A stretch of 64,000 bases of DNA from an uncultured Candidatus Saccharibacteria bacterium. Lineage in GTDB: Bacteria; Patescibacteriota; Saccharimonadia; Saccharimonadales; CAIOMD01. The stretch covers positions 192,830 through 256,829 of the forward strand of contig OY970318.1 of the NCBI GenBank assembly GCA_963716565.1. The letters run 5' to 3'. The translations under genes and the position numbers were made by a program. This document shows positions 15,168-22,695 of the stretch, one piece after another. The notes beneath the pieces were generated by a model, which ran no database searches, was not told where the DNA came from, and saw nothing but the letters and a program-made list of their open reading frames with translations. Position 1 is the first letter of the stretch. Every line of letters begins with the position of its first letter.

Positions 15168-15299
15168 TCCAGCAAAATCATAATATTGCCGTTAAGGCAC
15201 AAAAGTGGTAAGGTAGCGACAACATACAAAACCCTAAGCTACACGCTAAGGGTTAGGTAATGTGACTGTTCTTTCACTCATATACGCAGGGGGTGTCGG

Positions 15300-15731
15300 T
15301 TGAACGAGCACAAGCAGGCTAAGACGATTCAAGAAGGAGCGTGGCTTGCCGCTGAAGCATGGCGCCAAAAGATCGAGCTACTGCAGGATCCCACGGTGGA
15401 TACCTACAATGAGTTCGTTCGGCGTTGTTCGCAAGTTGCCGGTGATCTGTGTGGGCTTTGCTATGCGGCAGCTCACATACTAAAGGTAGACCCACCGGGC
15501 AATCGCAAGCGGTGCAAGGTTTGTCCGCTACAGCCTAAATGGCACAAGGTTTGCTCGCTGTGGTTACAGAGGCACTATTGCCACCCGGCAGTAGAGAAGT
15601 TCGTTGGTATCTGCCAGGGTATACACAAAGCCAACCAAGGCGACGACCAAGTGCGGTGGGCTCTAGGCCGGCAAGAGCTGTTAAGGCATGCCATGCAAGC
15701 CAAGGCGGCTATCGAAGCCATCCTGCAGTAG
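15300..15731 (+). CDS. Cys-rich hypothetical protein (8 Cys)
   Basis: A TTG start is preceded by GGGGGTG. The 143-aa product carries C-x8-C-x2-C and C-x2-C clusters. The segment is high GC. Confidence 0.45.
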   Translation: MNEHKQAKTIQEGAWLAAEAWRQKIELLQDPTVDTYNEFVRRCSQVAGDLCGLCYAAAHILKVDPPGNRKRCKVCPLQPKWHKVCSLWLQRHYCHPAVEKFVGICQGIHKANQGDDQVRWALGRQELLRHAMQAKAAIEAILQ

Positions 15732-15890
15732 AGTAAAGAGCGTGCCTTCGCGTGAGGCGCCCAAGTTTGTTGTAAAACAGGGGCGCCCACTCGGAGGCGC
15801 TTCTGTTTTAAAGTGTAAAATACTTTATTTATCGTAGTTATTATGGTTTAGTGTTATTGCGTTGAAAATCCCTACCCGTTTGGAGGCAGT

Positions 15891-16319
15891 GTGGATTGCA
15901 AGGCGTTTGCAACCGAGGTGGTAAAGAGGAAGAAAGAGCTTGCGGGCTTGATGCGCGGGCACAGCAAGAACCAGGCGGCGATATGGCTTCAGGTTCGCAA
16001 GGTGCTCCAGGAGCTCGGCGAGGTATACCCAGAGGCCGTCCAGGCGGATTCGTATCGGCATATGGCCGAGCGAGGGTACTGGATGTTGCGCTTTGACACT
16101 CACGGTAACGAACAGCTGATGGTCGATCTGACCACTGGTGACATAGCCGTGATGGGTGCTCTCGAGAAAGACTGGCCAGACTTCATCATCGGGCTGGGCC
16201 CAGACGACCTCAATGCCGGCAAGGAGCTGGAAATCCAGCGGAAGTTGCTTGCCGACTATAAGGGTTGTGCGGCCACCAAGCCCAAGGGCGACGGCCGCCG
16301 GCTTACTACGGCGAGGTAA
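15891..16319 (+). CDS. Hypothetical protein
   Basis: A GTG start lies 4 nt after GGAGG (15882-15886). The double-hairpin terminator at 16352-16414 follows in the same orientation. The antisense ORF 15825..16331 lacks an SD. Confidence 0.5.
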   Translation: MDCKAFATEVVKRKKELAGLMRGHSKNQAAIWLQVRKVLQELGEVYPEAVQADSYRHMAERGYWMLRFDTHGNEQLMVDLTTGDIAVMGALEKDWPDFIIGLGPDDLNAGKELEIQRKLLADYKGCAATKPKGDGRRLTTAR

Positions 16320-16351
16320 GGCTCGCAACACTGGTGCAGACGCTTCAACGT

Positions 16352-16414
16352 GGGGGGCGGGGCTTTAATAGCCCGCCCCCATAGCAGCAGACCCCTAACG
16401 GGTCTTTTTCTTTT
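16352..16414 (+). terminator. Double-hairpin terminator T1 (conserved GC hairpin plus a U-tailed hairpin)
   Basis: The sequence ggggcggggctttaatagcccgcccc is followed by gaccc-ctaac-gggtc-ttttt. The 26-nt first hairpin differs at 1 nt from the one at 18155-18180. Confidence 0.65.
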
Positions 16415-16491
16415 ATAAGCCTTTATTAAATACTACAAATATGTTATTATATGGCCTCCTACGAGAGACTAAACACCCTTGGAGGTGCACC

Positions 16492-17541
16492 TTGCTACCT
16501 ATAAAACTACCTGTAGAAGTCATTATATTGCCTACCGTTCAATGCCATCGTGGCTGTGCTTTCTGCGGAATGGATTCAACCTGTAAAGGTATCCACATGC
16601 GAAAGACATGGATTCCGATGGTCATCGAACAGATCGTCGAGCTCGGCGATGTTTGTAAGAGTGTCTTTGTATCTGGACTCGGGGAGCCACTAGAATATCC
16701 GTGGCTACTTGAACTGATGCAGGGGCTCCTACAAACACAAGCCGGCAACATCTCGTTTATGACGTCCGGCTGTAAGAACCAGAAGGAGATAGGCTACGAC
16801 AACCTTGTCGCCCTGTCACAGCTTCGCGATCCCAGGGTTAACCCCACAATCAGCATTAGCAACGTTCACCCGTGGGTATCCATACAGAGGATGCGCTTTA
16901 GCGTACCGTTCCTTGAGCAGATATCCACGCAGATCAACGTCAAGCTGATCGACGGGAAATACCCAAGGAAGCCAACAAGGCTAGCAATCGCTGCTTTGCT
17001 GTACTGGTCGCTATGCAAGCTGGGCTATAGCGAATACTTGCCGAAAGAAGAGATGGCTAAGTTGCCCGAAGAGCACCAAAAGCGACTGAAGTCGGAGATG
17101 CAAAGGCAAGGCCTCTTGCTCAAGAACGCCAGGATCGAGGCCGACGAAGACGGATTCGCAATCTATCCTAGCCACCTGATGACTTACATGGTCAGGAGCA
17201 TGATCAGGGTTGGAAGGGCCATAGACTATTTGGACCTTCCTCGAGAAGGCGGGACGTTTGGTAAGAATCCGATTTGTTCTGTTTTTGATGGAAGCTGTGA
17301 GCATCGCTTGCTGTACATCCATGCGGACGGCCGGATCTTCCCCTGCGACTGCGTAGGCTGGGACGACAAGATGTCCCTAGGCCACATCAGTGACATATCT
17401 CTTAAGGAAGCACTCGAACTTCGAGAGCCTCTTTTAGAGAAGGCCTTCGGCAACTACATCGCTAGCCCTGCGATTCTGCCCGACAGATTCAGGTGTACTC
17501 GGTGCTGTACGCAGTGGCCCGAGAAGCAGTACAACATATGA
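16492..17541 (+). CDS. Radical SAM enzyme with a SPASM/twitch-type C-terminal Cys domain (peptide/protein-modifying maturase family)
   Basis: I trimmed the ORF to TTG 16492, which lies 6 nt after GGAGG. It has CHRGCAFC (CxxxCxxC) near the N-terminus, a GLGEPL (GGEP-like) motif and a C-terminal C-x10-G-x4-C (CEHRLLYIHADGRIFPC) followed by CTRCC. Confidence 0.75.
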   Translation: MLPIKLPVEVIILPTVQCHRGCAFCGMDSTCKGIHMRKTWIPMVIEQIVELGDVCKSVFVSGLGEPLEYPWLLELMQGLLQTQAGNISFMTSGCKNQKEIGYDNLVALSQLRDPRVNPTISISNVHPWVSIQRMRFSVPFLEQISTQINVKLIDGKYPRKPTRLAIAALLYWSLCKLGYSEYLPKEEMAKLPEEHQKRLKSEMQRQGLLLKNARIEADEDGFAIYPSHLMTYMVRSMIRVGRAIDYLDLPREGGTFGKNPICSVFDGSCEHRLLYIHADGRIFPCDCVGWDDKMSLGHISDISLKEALELREPLLEKAFGNYIASPAILPDRFRCTRCCTQWPEKQYNI

Positions 17542-17626
17542 AGCAAGGTGCTTACGGCCCCCGAAAGCTCGAAAGAGCTCGACGGGGCCGTTTGCCATTT
17601 TATGGGTAAATTTATTGGGCACAGAA

Positions 17627-17654
17627 TTGAATAAAGCGGATATTCTGTTATAAT
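17627..17654 (+). promoter_or_regulatory. Near-consensus sigma70-type promoter with extended -10
   Basis: TTGAAT (17627-17632), a 16-nt spacer ending in TGT, and TATAAT (17649-17654). It lies 37 nt upstream of the ATG at 17691. Confidence 0.5.
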
Positions 17655-17690
17655 ATGCGTAATCTGACAAGATCGAACGCGGAGGTTGTT

Positions 17691-18128
17691 ATGTTCTGGG
17701 GTTGGCGTAAGGTACAAGACCTTGAAGGGCTTGTGCGAGCGGCAAAGAAGAAGGGCGTAACTCTCATCACGGTGCAGGCTGGCTTGGAGTCGCCGGGAGG
17801 GGACGATAACCCCGCAGATCCGTGTGAGGTTCCAGGCGAGTATCGCATCTTCTTGGTGTACTCTCTTGGGTACAAGAAGAGGTGGAAGTTGTACAACGAA
17901 CACATCTTCACCTTCTTCGTGGACGACGAGGCAAATTTCAGCTGCGATGAGTGCCAGCAGTGGAGCATCAAGGCCTTGATGACTGTTAAGGCGCGAGTAG
18001 ATGAGCTCAGCCGTCAGCTGCCGGGAGTCGACATCGAGTTCTGGTACGAGGATGAGCCGGTGACTCCAGAGCTAGTCAAAGAGATGTGCCTCGAGGCCGA
18101 ACGGCTTGAGGTGGTAGCCGACGCCTGA
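17691..18128 (+). CDS. Hypothetical protein
   Basis: I trimmed track ORF 17655..18128 to the ATG at 17691, which lies 6 nt after GGAGG. Terminator T2 follows. Two antisense track ORFs overlap it and are judged spurious. Confidence 0.5.
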   Translation: MFWGWRKVQDLEGLVRAAKKKGVTLITVQAGLESPGGDDNPADPCEVPGEYRIFLVYSLGYKKRWKLYNEHIFTFFVDDEANFSCDECQQWSIKALMTVKARVDELSRQLPGVDIEFWYEDEPVTPELVKEMCLEAERLEVVADA

Positions 18129-18151
18129 CGGCTAAGGATCTGTCAGATCAT

Positions 18152-18209
18152 GGAGGGGCGGGGCTTTAATAGCCTGCCCCTCCGACCGAAGACCTACAAG
18201 GTCTTTTTT
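18152..18209 (+). terminator. Double-hairpin terminator T2 (paralog of T1)
   Basis: The sequence ggaggggcggggctttaatagcctgcccctcc is followed by agacc-tacaa-ggtct-ttttt. Confidence 0.65.
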
Positions 18210-18241
18210 GTTTGTTCAAAGACAAGATGAATAAAAGCTTA

Positions 18242-18275
18242 TAAAAAATCCCGCTTATCGTAGTAGCTAGCGGGA
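18242..18275 (-). terminator. Rho-independent terminator for the minus-strand gene 18323..18697
   Basis: The stem tcccgc/gcggga is followed by a T-run on the minus strand (plus-strand A-run at 18243-18248). Confidence 0.55.
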
Positions 18276-18322
18276 ACGCCGGGTTTGCACCGGAGCGAGT
18301 AATCCTCGCTGGTTGGGGGGCT

Positions 18323-18697
18323 CTAGGCCGGCTGCGGCGGCAGCCATACGGCGTGCTTGCGCAAGCTGATGTCGAAGGCTATATCGCTGTCGTCGCCGCA
18401 GAGTCTGCGGATATGCCAGGCGAAGGCCTCAGACCACTGCTTGAACCGCTTCTTCCTCTTGCGGGTGTGGTGGCCGATCACAGTGATGACCATGTTGTTC
18501 GACAACGAGTCGAGCTTACCGGCCTTCTTGTAGGTCACGGTGACATGGTTGGGATCGAGCAACTCGCCACAGTGCTCTAGAAGCGCCGAATACAGCTGTT
18601 GCTGGATCTTTGGCGTGAGCCACGGGCTGCCGTCATCTGCGTACAGCATCCTTGTGTTCTCCGGGGTGTCCCTGTAAACCACAACGGCCTCGGGCAC
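18323..18697 (-). CDS. Hypothetical protein; speculative tautomerase-superfamily-like (Pro at position 2, two beta-alpha-beta-like halves)
   Basis: I trimmed track ORF 18323..18784 to the in-frame GTG at 18697, which lies 6 nt after GGGAGG. TGTTAAATT (extended -10-like) lies upstream on the minus strand. The fold guess rests only on sequence pattern. Confidence 0.45.
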   Translation of the reverse strand: MPEAVVVYRDTPENTRMLYADDGSPWLTPKIQQQLYSALLEHCGELLDPNHVTVTYKKAGKLDSLSNNMVITVIGHHTRKRKKRFKQWSEAFAWHIRRLCGDDSDIAFDISLRKHAVWLPPQPA

Positions 18698-18896
18698 GAA
18701 GCACCTCCCTGTATAGTCCTCGGCATAACCGAGGTTTTGCCGAAAAACAGAGCATAATTTAACATAAAAAAAGCTAATTAGCAAGACTAAGCAAAGCCAA
18801 TATCTGATGTTGTGTCCTATAAGTTGTAAACCCTTATGCTTGCATTAGCGGTCTTTTATTAGTATGAATATTACATTGCAATAAAAGGAGTATTAT

Positions 18897-19709
18897 ATGG
18901 TCAAGGAGCCCGGTGGACCAAAAAATCCATACGAAGATTACTTTGCCTCAAAAAAAGAGATTACTACTAAAGCTATCGCATCGGGCATAGAAATCCCATC
19001 TGTATATTTAGAGTCAGACGATCCAGACTATTTTCTGGAATTAGACAGTAGTATAGACGAGTTAATGGATGACGATCTCGAAAGGGACGAGGCCTGCGAA
19101 TGCTTAGGTATACCTATCGCAGATATAGATGCGATGGACCTGGTTGAAACTCTAATATTTATAGATGAGTTATGGAAGCTAGATAACAAAGCTAAAGCCA
19201 AAGACGAAATGGAGCTATTGTTCGGCGCTATTTTGCTTTCAGCTAATCTTACAAGTGACGAAAAACTTAAGAGGTTGGCGTTTGTTAACGATTTGCTTAA
19301 AAGCACTGCTGGAGAAATAGAAATTACTCAAGAAAAAGTAGACGAGTTATGTAAAAAGGCCGAGACATCCAAGACTAATAGGATGGCTTTGATGCGTACG
19401 CCTAAAGAGTTAGAACTTTATTTATATAATTCTTTTTCAGAACGTGAGGATGAAGTTGATGATGATGCTATTTGTGAATTAGTAGAAGTTGCTTTAGAAA
19501 TGGTACTAATAAGGATGGCTCAGCAAAAACGCAAAGAGACTACGGGTAGCGATTCTACCGACCCAGACGCTGAGGAACAATACAAGGCCTACCTACAAGA
19601 GGCACAAAAACTTGCCGACTGCATAGGTATGGCCAAACCAGAATTTGAGCATTTTCTTGAAACTGTAGCAAACACCCTGGACAACTACGGATACACAACA
19701 GTTCTTTAA
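18897..19709 (+). CDS. Acidic hypothetical protein
   Basis: AAGGAG lies 7 nt before the ATG. A TTGCAT-17-TATGAA promoter-like pair sits at 18840-18868. The 270-aa product is rich in D and E. No family was recognised. Confidence 0.55.
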   Translation: MVKEPGGPKNPYEDYFASKKEITTKAIASGIEIPSVYLESDDPDYFLELDSSIDELMDDDLERDEACECLGIPIADIDAMDLVETLIFIDELWKLDNKAKAKDEMELLFGAILLSANLTSDEKLKRLAFVNDLLKSTAGEIEITQEKVDELCKKAETSKTNRMALMRTPKELELYLYNSFSEREDEVDDDAICELVEVALEMVLIRMAQQKRKETTGSDSTDPDAEEQYKAYLQEAQKLADCIGMAKPEFEHFLETVANTLDNYGYTTVL

Positions 19710-19807
19710 GCTGTCAGATCGCTACTATTTGCAATTTGTTGTGTTTGGCATCGATTTTTGCCTGAAGACTTTTGTTTCTCTGTTATTCGGTGTAGAATCA
19801 AAAAATT

Positions 19808-20140
19808 ATGAAGGCGTTGAGTTTAAAGCAGCCGTATGCGAGTTTGATTGCCGAAGGCATCAAAACTATCGAAACGCGCAAATGGGCTACAAAATATCGC
19901 GGTGACATCTTAATTTGTGCCTCTAAAAGCGGGCAAGGCGAGCCCAAAGGCGTAGCTTTGTGTATTGTGGAGCTTTACGACATCCGCCCCATGACAAAAG
20001 CCGACGAAGCAGCCGCCTGCATAGAACTCTACCCCAACGCCAAAGCCTGGCTTATCCGCAATTTGCGTGTTCTGCCCAAACCCTTCCCCGTAAAAGGCCA
20101 CCTCAGTTTATTTGATATAGACCTCCCAGGGTGTTGCTAG
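19808..20140 (+). CDS. ASCH domain protein (PUA-like fold)
   Basis: The N-terminus MKALSLKQPYASLIAEGIKTIETRKW..YRGDILI matches the usual ASCH pattern (alS.kqPwa.lI..G.KtiE.R.w...yrG..li). Confidence 0.6.
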   Translation: MKALSLKQPYASLIAEGIKTIETRKWATKYRGDILICASKSGQGEPKGVALCIVELYDIRPMTKADEAAACIELYPNAKAWLIRNLRVLPKPFPVKGHLSLFDIDLPGCC

Positions 20141-20203
20141 CCTTAATTCACGCATAAAAGTGGTATTATATTAGTAGCGATAAATAAACAAAAAAGAATA
20201 GCA

Positions 20204-20554
20204 ATGGATAAAAAAACGCTAGCAGGTATCGACCCTAATAGGCTTGTAATACAAGGCGGAGTTTATCAGGGGTGCGTACTGGAGCGAAGCCTGTCGCAGA
20301 TAGGCGCCGGCGCTGTAAATGACGCTATTGATTGTAAGCGTAAAGACCCCAACAGTGACATTATTCCGGAACGTGAAGGCGAAATAGCCATGGAAAAAGA
20401 AGTAACCAGAAGGGCAGCCGAAGCTAGCAAAGCTCTTTGCGCTGAAGATAGGGCATTCACGGCAGCGGGTGCCGGCTTTGACTTTACCTTAAACCGAATG
20501 ACAAACGAAAGAAAAGGCATAGAACAACAAGAGCGCCCTGCTACACACAAGTAG
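20204..20554 (+). CDS. Hypothetical protein
   Basis: 116-aa ORF. TGGTATTAT (extended -10) lies upstream. No SD is present. Confidence 0.4.
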   Translation: MDKKTLAGIDPNRLVIQGGVYQGCVLERSLSQIGAGAVNDAIDCKRKDPNSDIIPEREGEIAMEKEVTRRAAEASKALCAEDRAFTAAGAGFDFTLNRMTNERKGIEQQERPATHK

Positions 20555-20644
20555 CATGTATGGCACATAAATTACGGTGTGAACTGCTTGTGCTTGCATT
20601 GCTAAAATGACGTAATTGTTATTAAGTATATTATAATCTCTGTT

Positions 20645-22027
20645 ATGTATGAGTGGCAGGATGGAATAACCAAAAAACTTAATCGGTTAGAGGCAGAGTA
20701 CGATGCTCAATTACTTAGAGAAGCCTTTGCTGAAAAAGAGCGACAGTTGCCCGATAGGCTGGCACAGATACAAAGGCAAAACTTTGAAGAATTAACGGCC
20801 GATGAGATAGCCGAAAGATTAGGTATGCCTACTGAGCAGGTAAAAACTACCACTAAAGCGCTTGGTGTGAGATTCATAATCAAAAAAGAAGGTCTAATGA
20901 CCTTTAGCGTTCTACCTGAGTTTACACTTGATTTGCTGATTGATGAACAAAGACGCATGGAGGGGGCGGACGGTGTAGACTGCGCAGAGTCTGTAGAAGA
21001 GCAGGTACCGCCGATAGTAACCGAGGTGCTGGTGCCAGACGATGAACCAGAATGGCAAGGAGTTTATGACTCACTAGAGGAACATATAACCATAGACAAA
21101 ATGTGGAAAGTTGTTGGCAAATCAAGGGGGTGGGTAGAAAGACGAATTGAAGCTTTGGGTATAACACCCGCTATACACCAAACCAGAACGGGGCATCCAG
21201 ATAACCCTTTGTATGCTAAAGAGGTGGCTTTATTTCTAAAAAGAGAAGCTGATGCTAATCCATTAGATAATGGTTGGGTAAATTTACGGCAGCTAGAACA
21301 GATTACTGGGCAAGACCGCGAGTGGATAGCAAATCGTTTACAAGAAGCAAATATCGTCCCAGAATCGAGATGCTCTAGCCTTAGTGGGCATACTTTAGAT
21401 TTTTATCCGCCAGAATCAGCAGAGCTTATTCAAAATGCTGCCGATGAACGACCAGAATTAGCTGCTGATTGGCTTACAGAAGAAGGATTAACAAATGGGC
21501 TGCAAAAATCACTAGCCTGGGTTCGCAACAGGCTCGCACAATACAAAGCTTTGGCCGAAGATAGGCGAGATGAACACGGTGTTACGCGCGTACACTATCC
21601 TCCGCATGTATTCGCCGAACTAGAACAAGTAAAAAATTTTGAACAATCACTTCCTGATGCCGGTGATTATTTAACTTTTTATAATTTAGTATCGGCTATT
21701 GGCAGGTCAGCCCTGTTAGTTGCTAACCGCATAGAAGAATTGGGCATAAAACATGAGTTAAGACGTGGTGGCAGAAACAGGATAACCCCACATTTCCCCC
21801 CAGAGAGCGTTGGTGATATTAAGGGTCTGATAGAAAAACAAGAGTCAAGCGATTTAATTACAACAACGCAGATAGCAGTTAAAACCAAAAAAACTATCGC
21901 CGATGTACGTCAAAGATTAAAAGAACTAGGCATAGAAGCGGTAGAAATAAAAAGAGCCGGCAACGGCTCGTTTAAAGAACACTACTCGCCAGATTGTATT
22001 GAGTTACTTCTTGCAGAAAAAGATTAG
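20645..22027 (+). CDS. Protein with six tandem excisionase/MerR-type (HTH_17-like) winged-helix repeats
   Basis: 460 aa. The repeats fall at aa 50-98, 148-198, 212-262, 277-326, 343-393 and 405-455, and each reads like [LIV]T...[LI]......s...[VI]..R[LI]..LGI........G.....[YF].P[EH]....L. TATAAT at 20632-20637 lies 8 nt before the ATG (leaderless-like). Confidence 0.65.
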   Translation: MYEWQDGITKKLNRLEAEYDAQLLREAFAEKERQLPDRLAQIQRQNFEELTADEIAERLGMPTEQVKTTTKALGVRFIIKKEGLMTFSVLPEFTLDLLIDEQRRMEGADGVDCAESVEEQVPPIVTEVLVPDDEPEWQGVYDSLEEHITIDKMWKVVGKSRGWVERRIEALGITPAIHQTRTGHPDNPLYAKEVALFLKREADANPLDNGWVNLRQLEQITGQDREWIANRLQEANIVPESRCSSLSGHTLDFYPPESAELIQNAADERPELAADWLTEEGLTNGLQKSLAWVRNRLAQYKALAEDRRDEHGVTRVHYPPHVFAELEQVKNFEQSLPDAGDYLTFYNLVSAIGRSALLVANRIEELGIKHELRRGGRNRITPHFPPESVGDIKGLIEKQESSDLITTTQIAVKTKKTIADVRQRLKELGIEAVEIKRAGNGSFKEHYSPDCIELLLAEKD

Positions 22028-22079
22028 TAATAGCTGGCACTCGTTGTTGCCAAGTGCCAATTTATGATAAACTAAAGTT

Positions 22080-22679
22080 ATGAAAAGTTTCTTAGTTCCC
22101 ACAGTTATCGAAAGCGATGGCCGCGGAGAGCGCGCTTATGATATTTATAGCCGGCTACTTAAAAGTCGCATTATCTTTTTAGGCGAAGAAGTTAACCACC
22201 ACACTGCTAACTTAATAGTGGCCCAAATGTTGTTTTTGGAGTCCGAAGACCCTAAGGCCGACATCACTCTTTATATAAATAGTCCGGGAGGTAGTGTTAA
22301 TGATGGCTTGGCCATTTACGACACCATGCAATTTGTGAAGTGCGATGTTCAGACTATTGGTATTGGATTACAAGCCAGCATGGGCGCCTTTTTACTGAGT
22401 AGCGGCACCAAAGGTAAACGCTTTGTTCTGCCCAACAGCAAGGTGTTAATTCACCAACCATCTAGCGGAATGAAGGGTGTAGTTACCGATATGGAAATCA
22501 CCCTAAAAGAAGTGCTTGATTTAAAGAAGCGACTTAACGAGATATTAGCTAAAAACACCTGCCAGAAGCTAGCTAAAATAGAAGCAGACGTAGAGCGTGA
22601 TTTTTGGATGACCGCCGACGAAGCCGTAAAATACGGCCTAGTCGACGAAGTCATTGGCGCCAAAGTAACCAAAAAATAA
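22080..22679 (+). CDS. clpP: ATP-dependent Clp protease proteolytic subunit
   Basis: 199 aa. It reads VPTVIE...[18 protein letters not shown] and has Ser-His-Asp triad contexts ([13 protein letters not shown]). Confidence 0.93.
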   Translation: MKSFLVPTVIESDGRGERAYDIYSRLLKSRIIFLGEEVNHHTANLIVAQMLFLESEDPKADITLYINSPGGSVNDGLAIYDTMQFVKCDVQTIGIGLQASMGAFLLSSGTKGKRFVLPNSKVLIHQPSSGMKGVVTDMEITLKEVLDLKKRLNEILAKNTCQKLAKIEADVERDFWMTADEAVKYGLVDEVIGAKVTKK

Positions 22680-22695
22680 GTTTTATAAAAGACAA

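Noticed and set aside
6200-17606. The 13-mer gccattttatggg is shared by 6200-6212 and 17594-17606, both after G-rich hairpins.
   Set aside because: By N^2/2/4^k, a 64-kb window is expected to contain tens of chance identical 13-mer pairs. The flanking similarity is weak, so this is not significant on its own.
13753-17971. Alternative-strand ORFs in the high-GC island: 13753-13944, 13883-14320, 14106-14360, 15575-15790, 15825-16331, 16539-16751, 17011-17322, 17454-17903 and 17648-17971.
   Set aside because: High-GC DNA yields long spurious ORFs. I chose strands by SD placement and by promoter and terminator orientation. These choices are not proven and need expression or conservation data.
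18140-19720. ctgtcagatc occurs just after the stop codons of two island genes (18140-18149 and 19711-19720).
   Set aside because: This is a 10-mer identity only, which is expected by chance. The first copy is part of a local palindrome (gatctgtcagatc) and the second is not.
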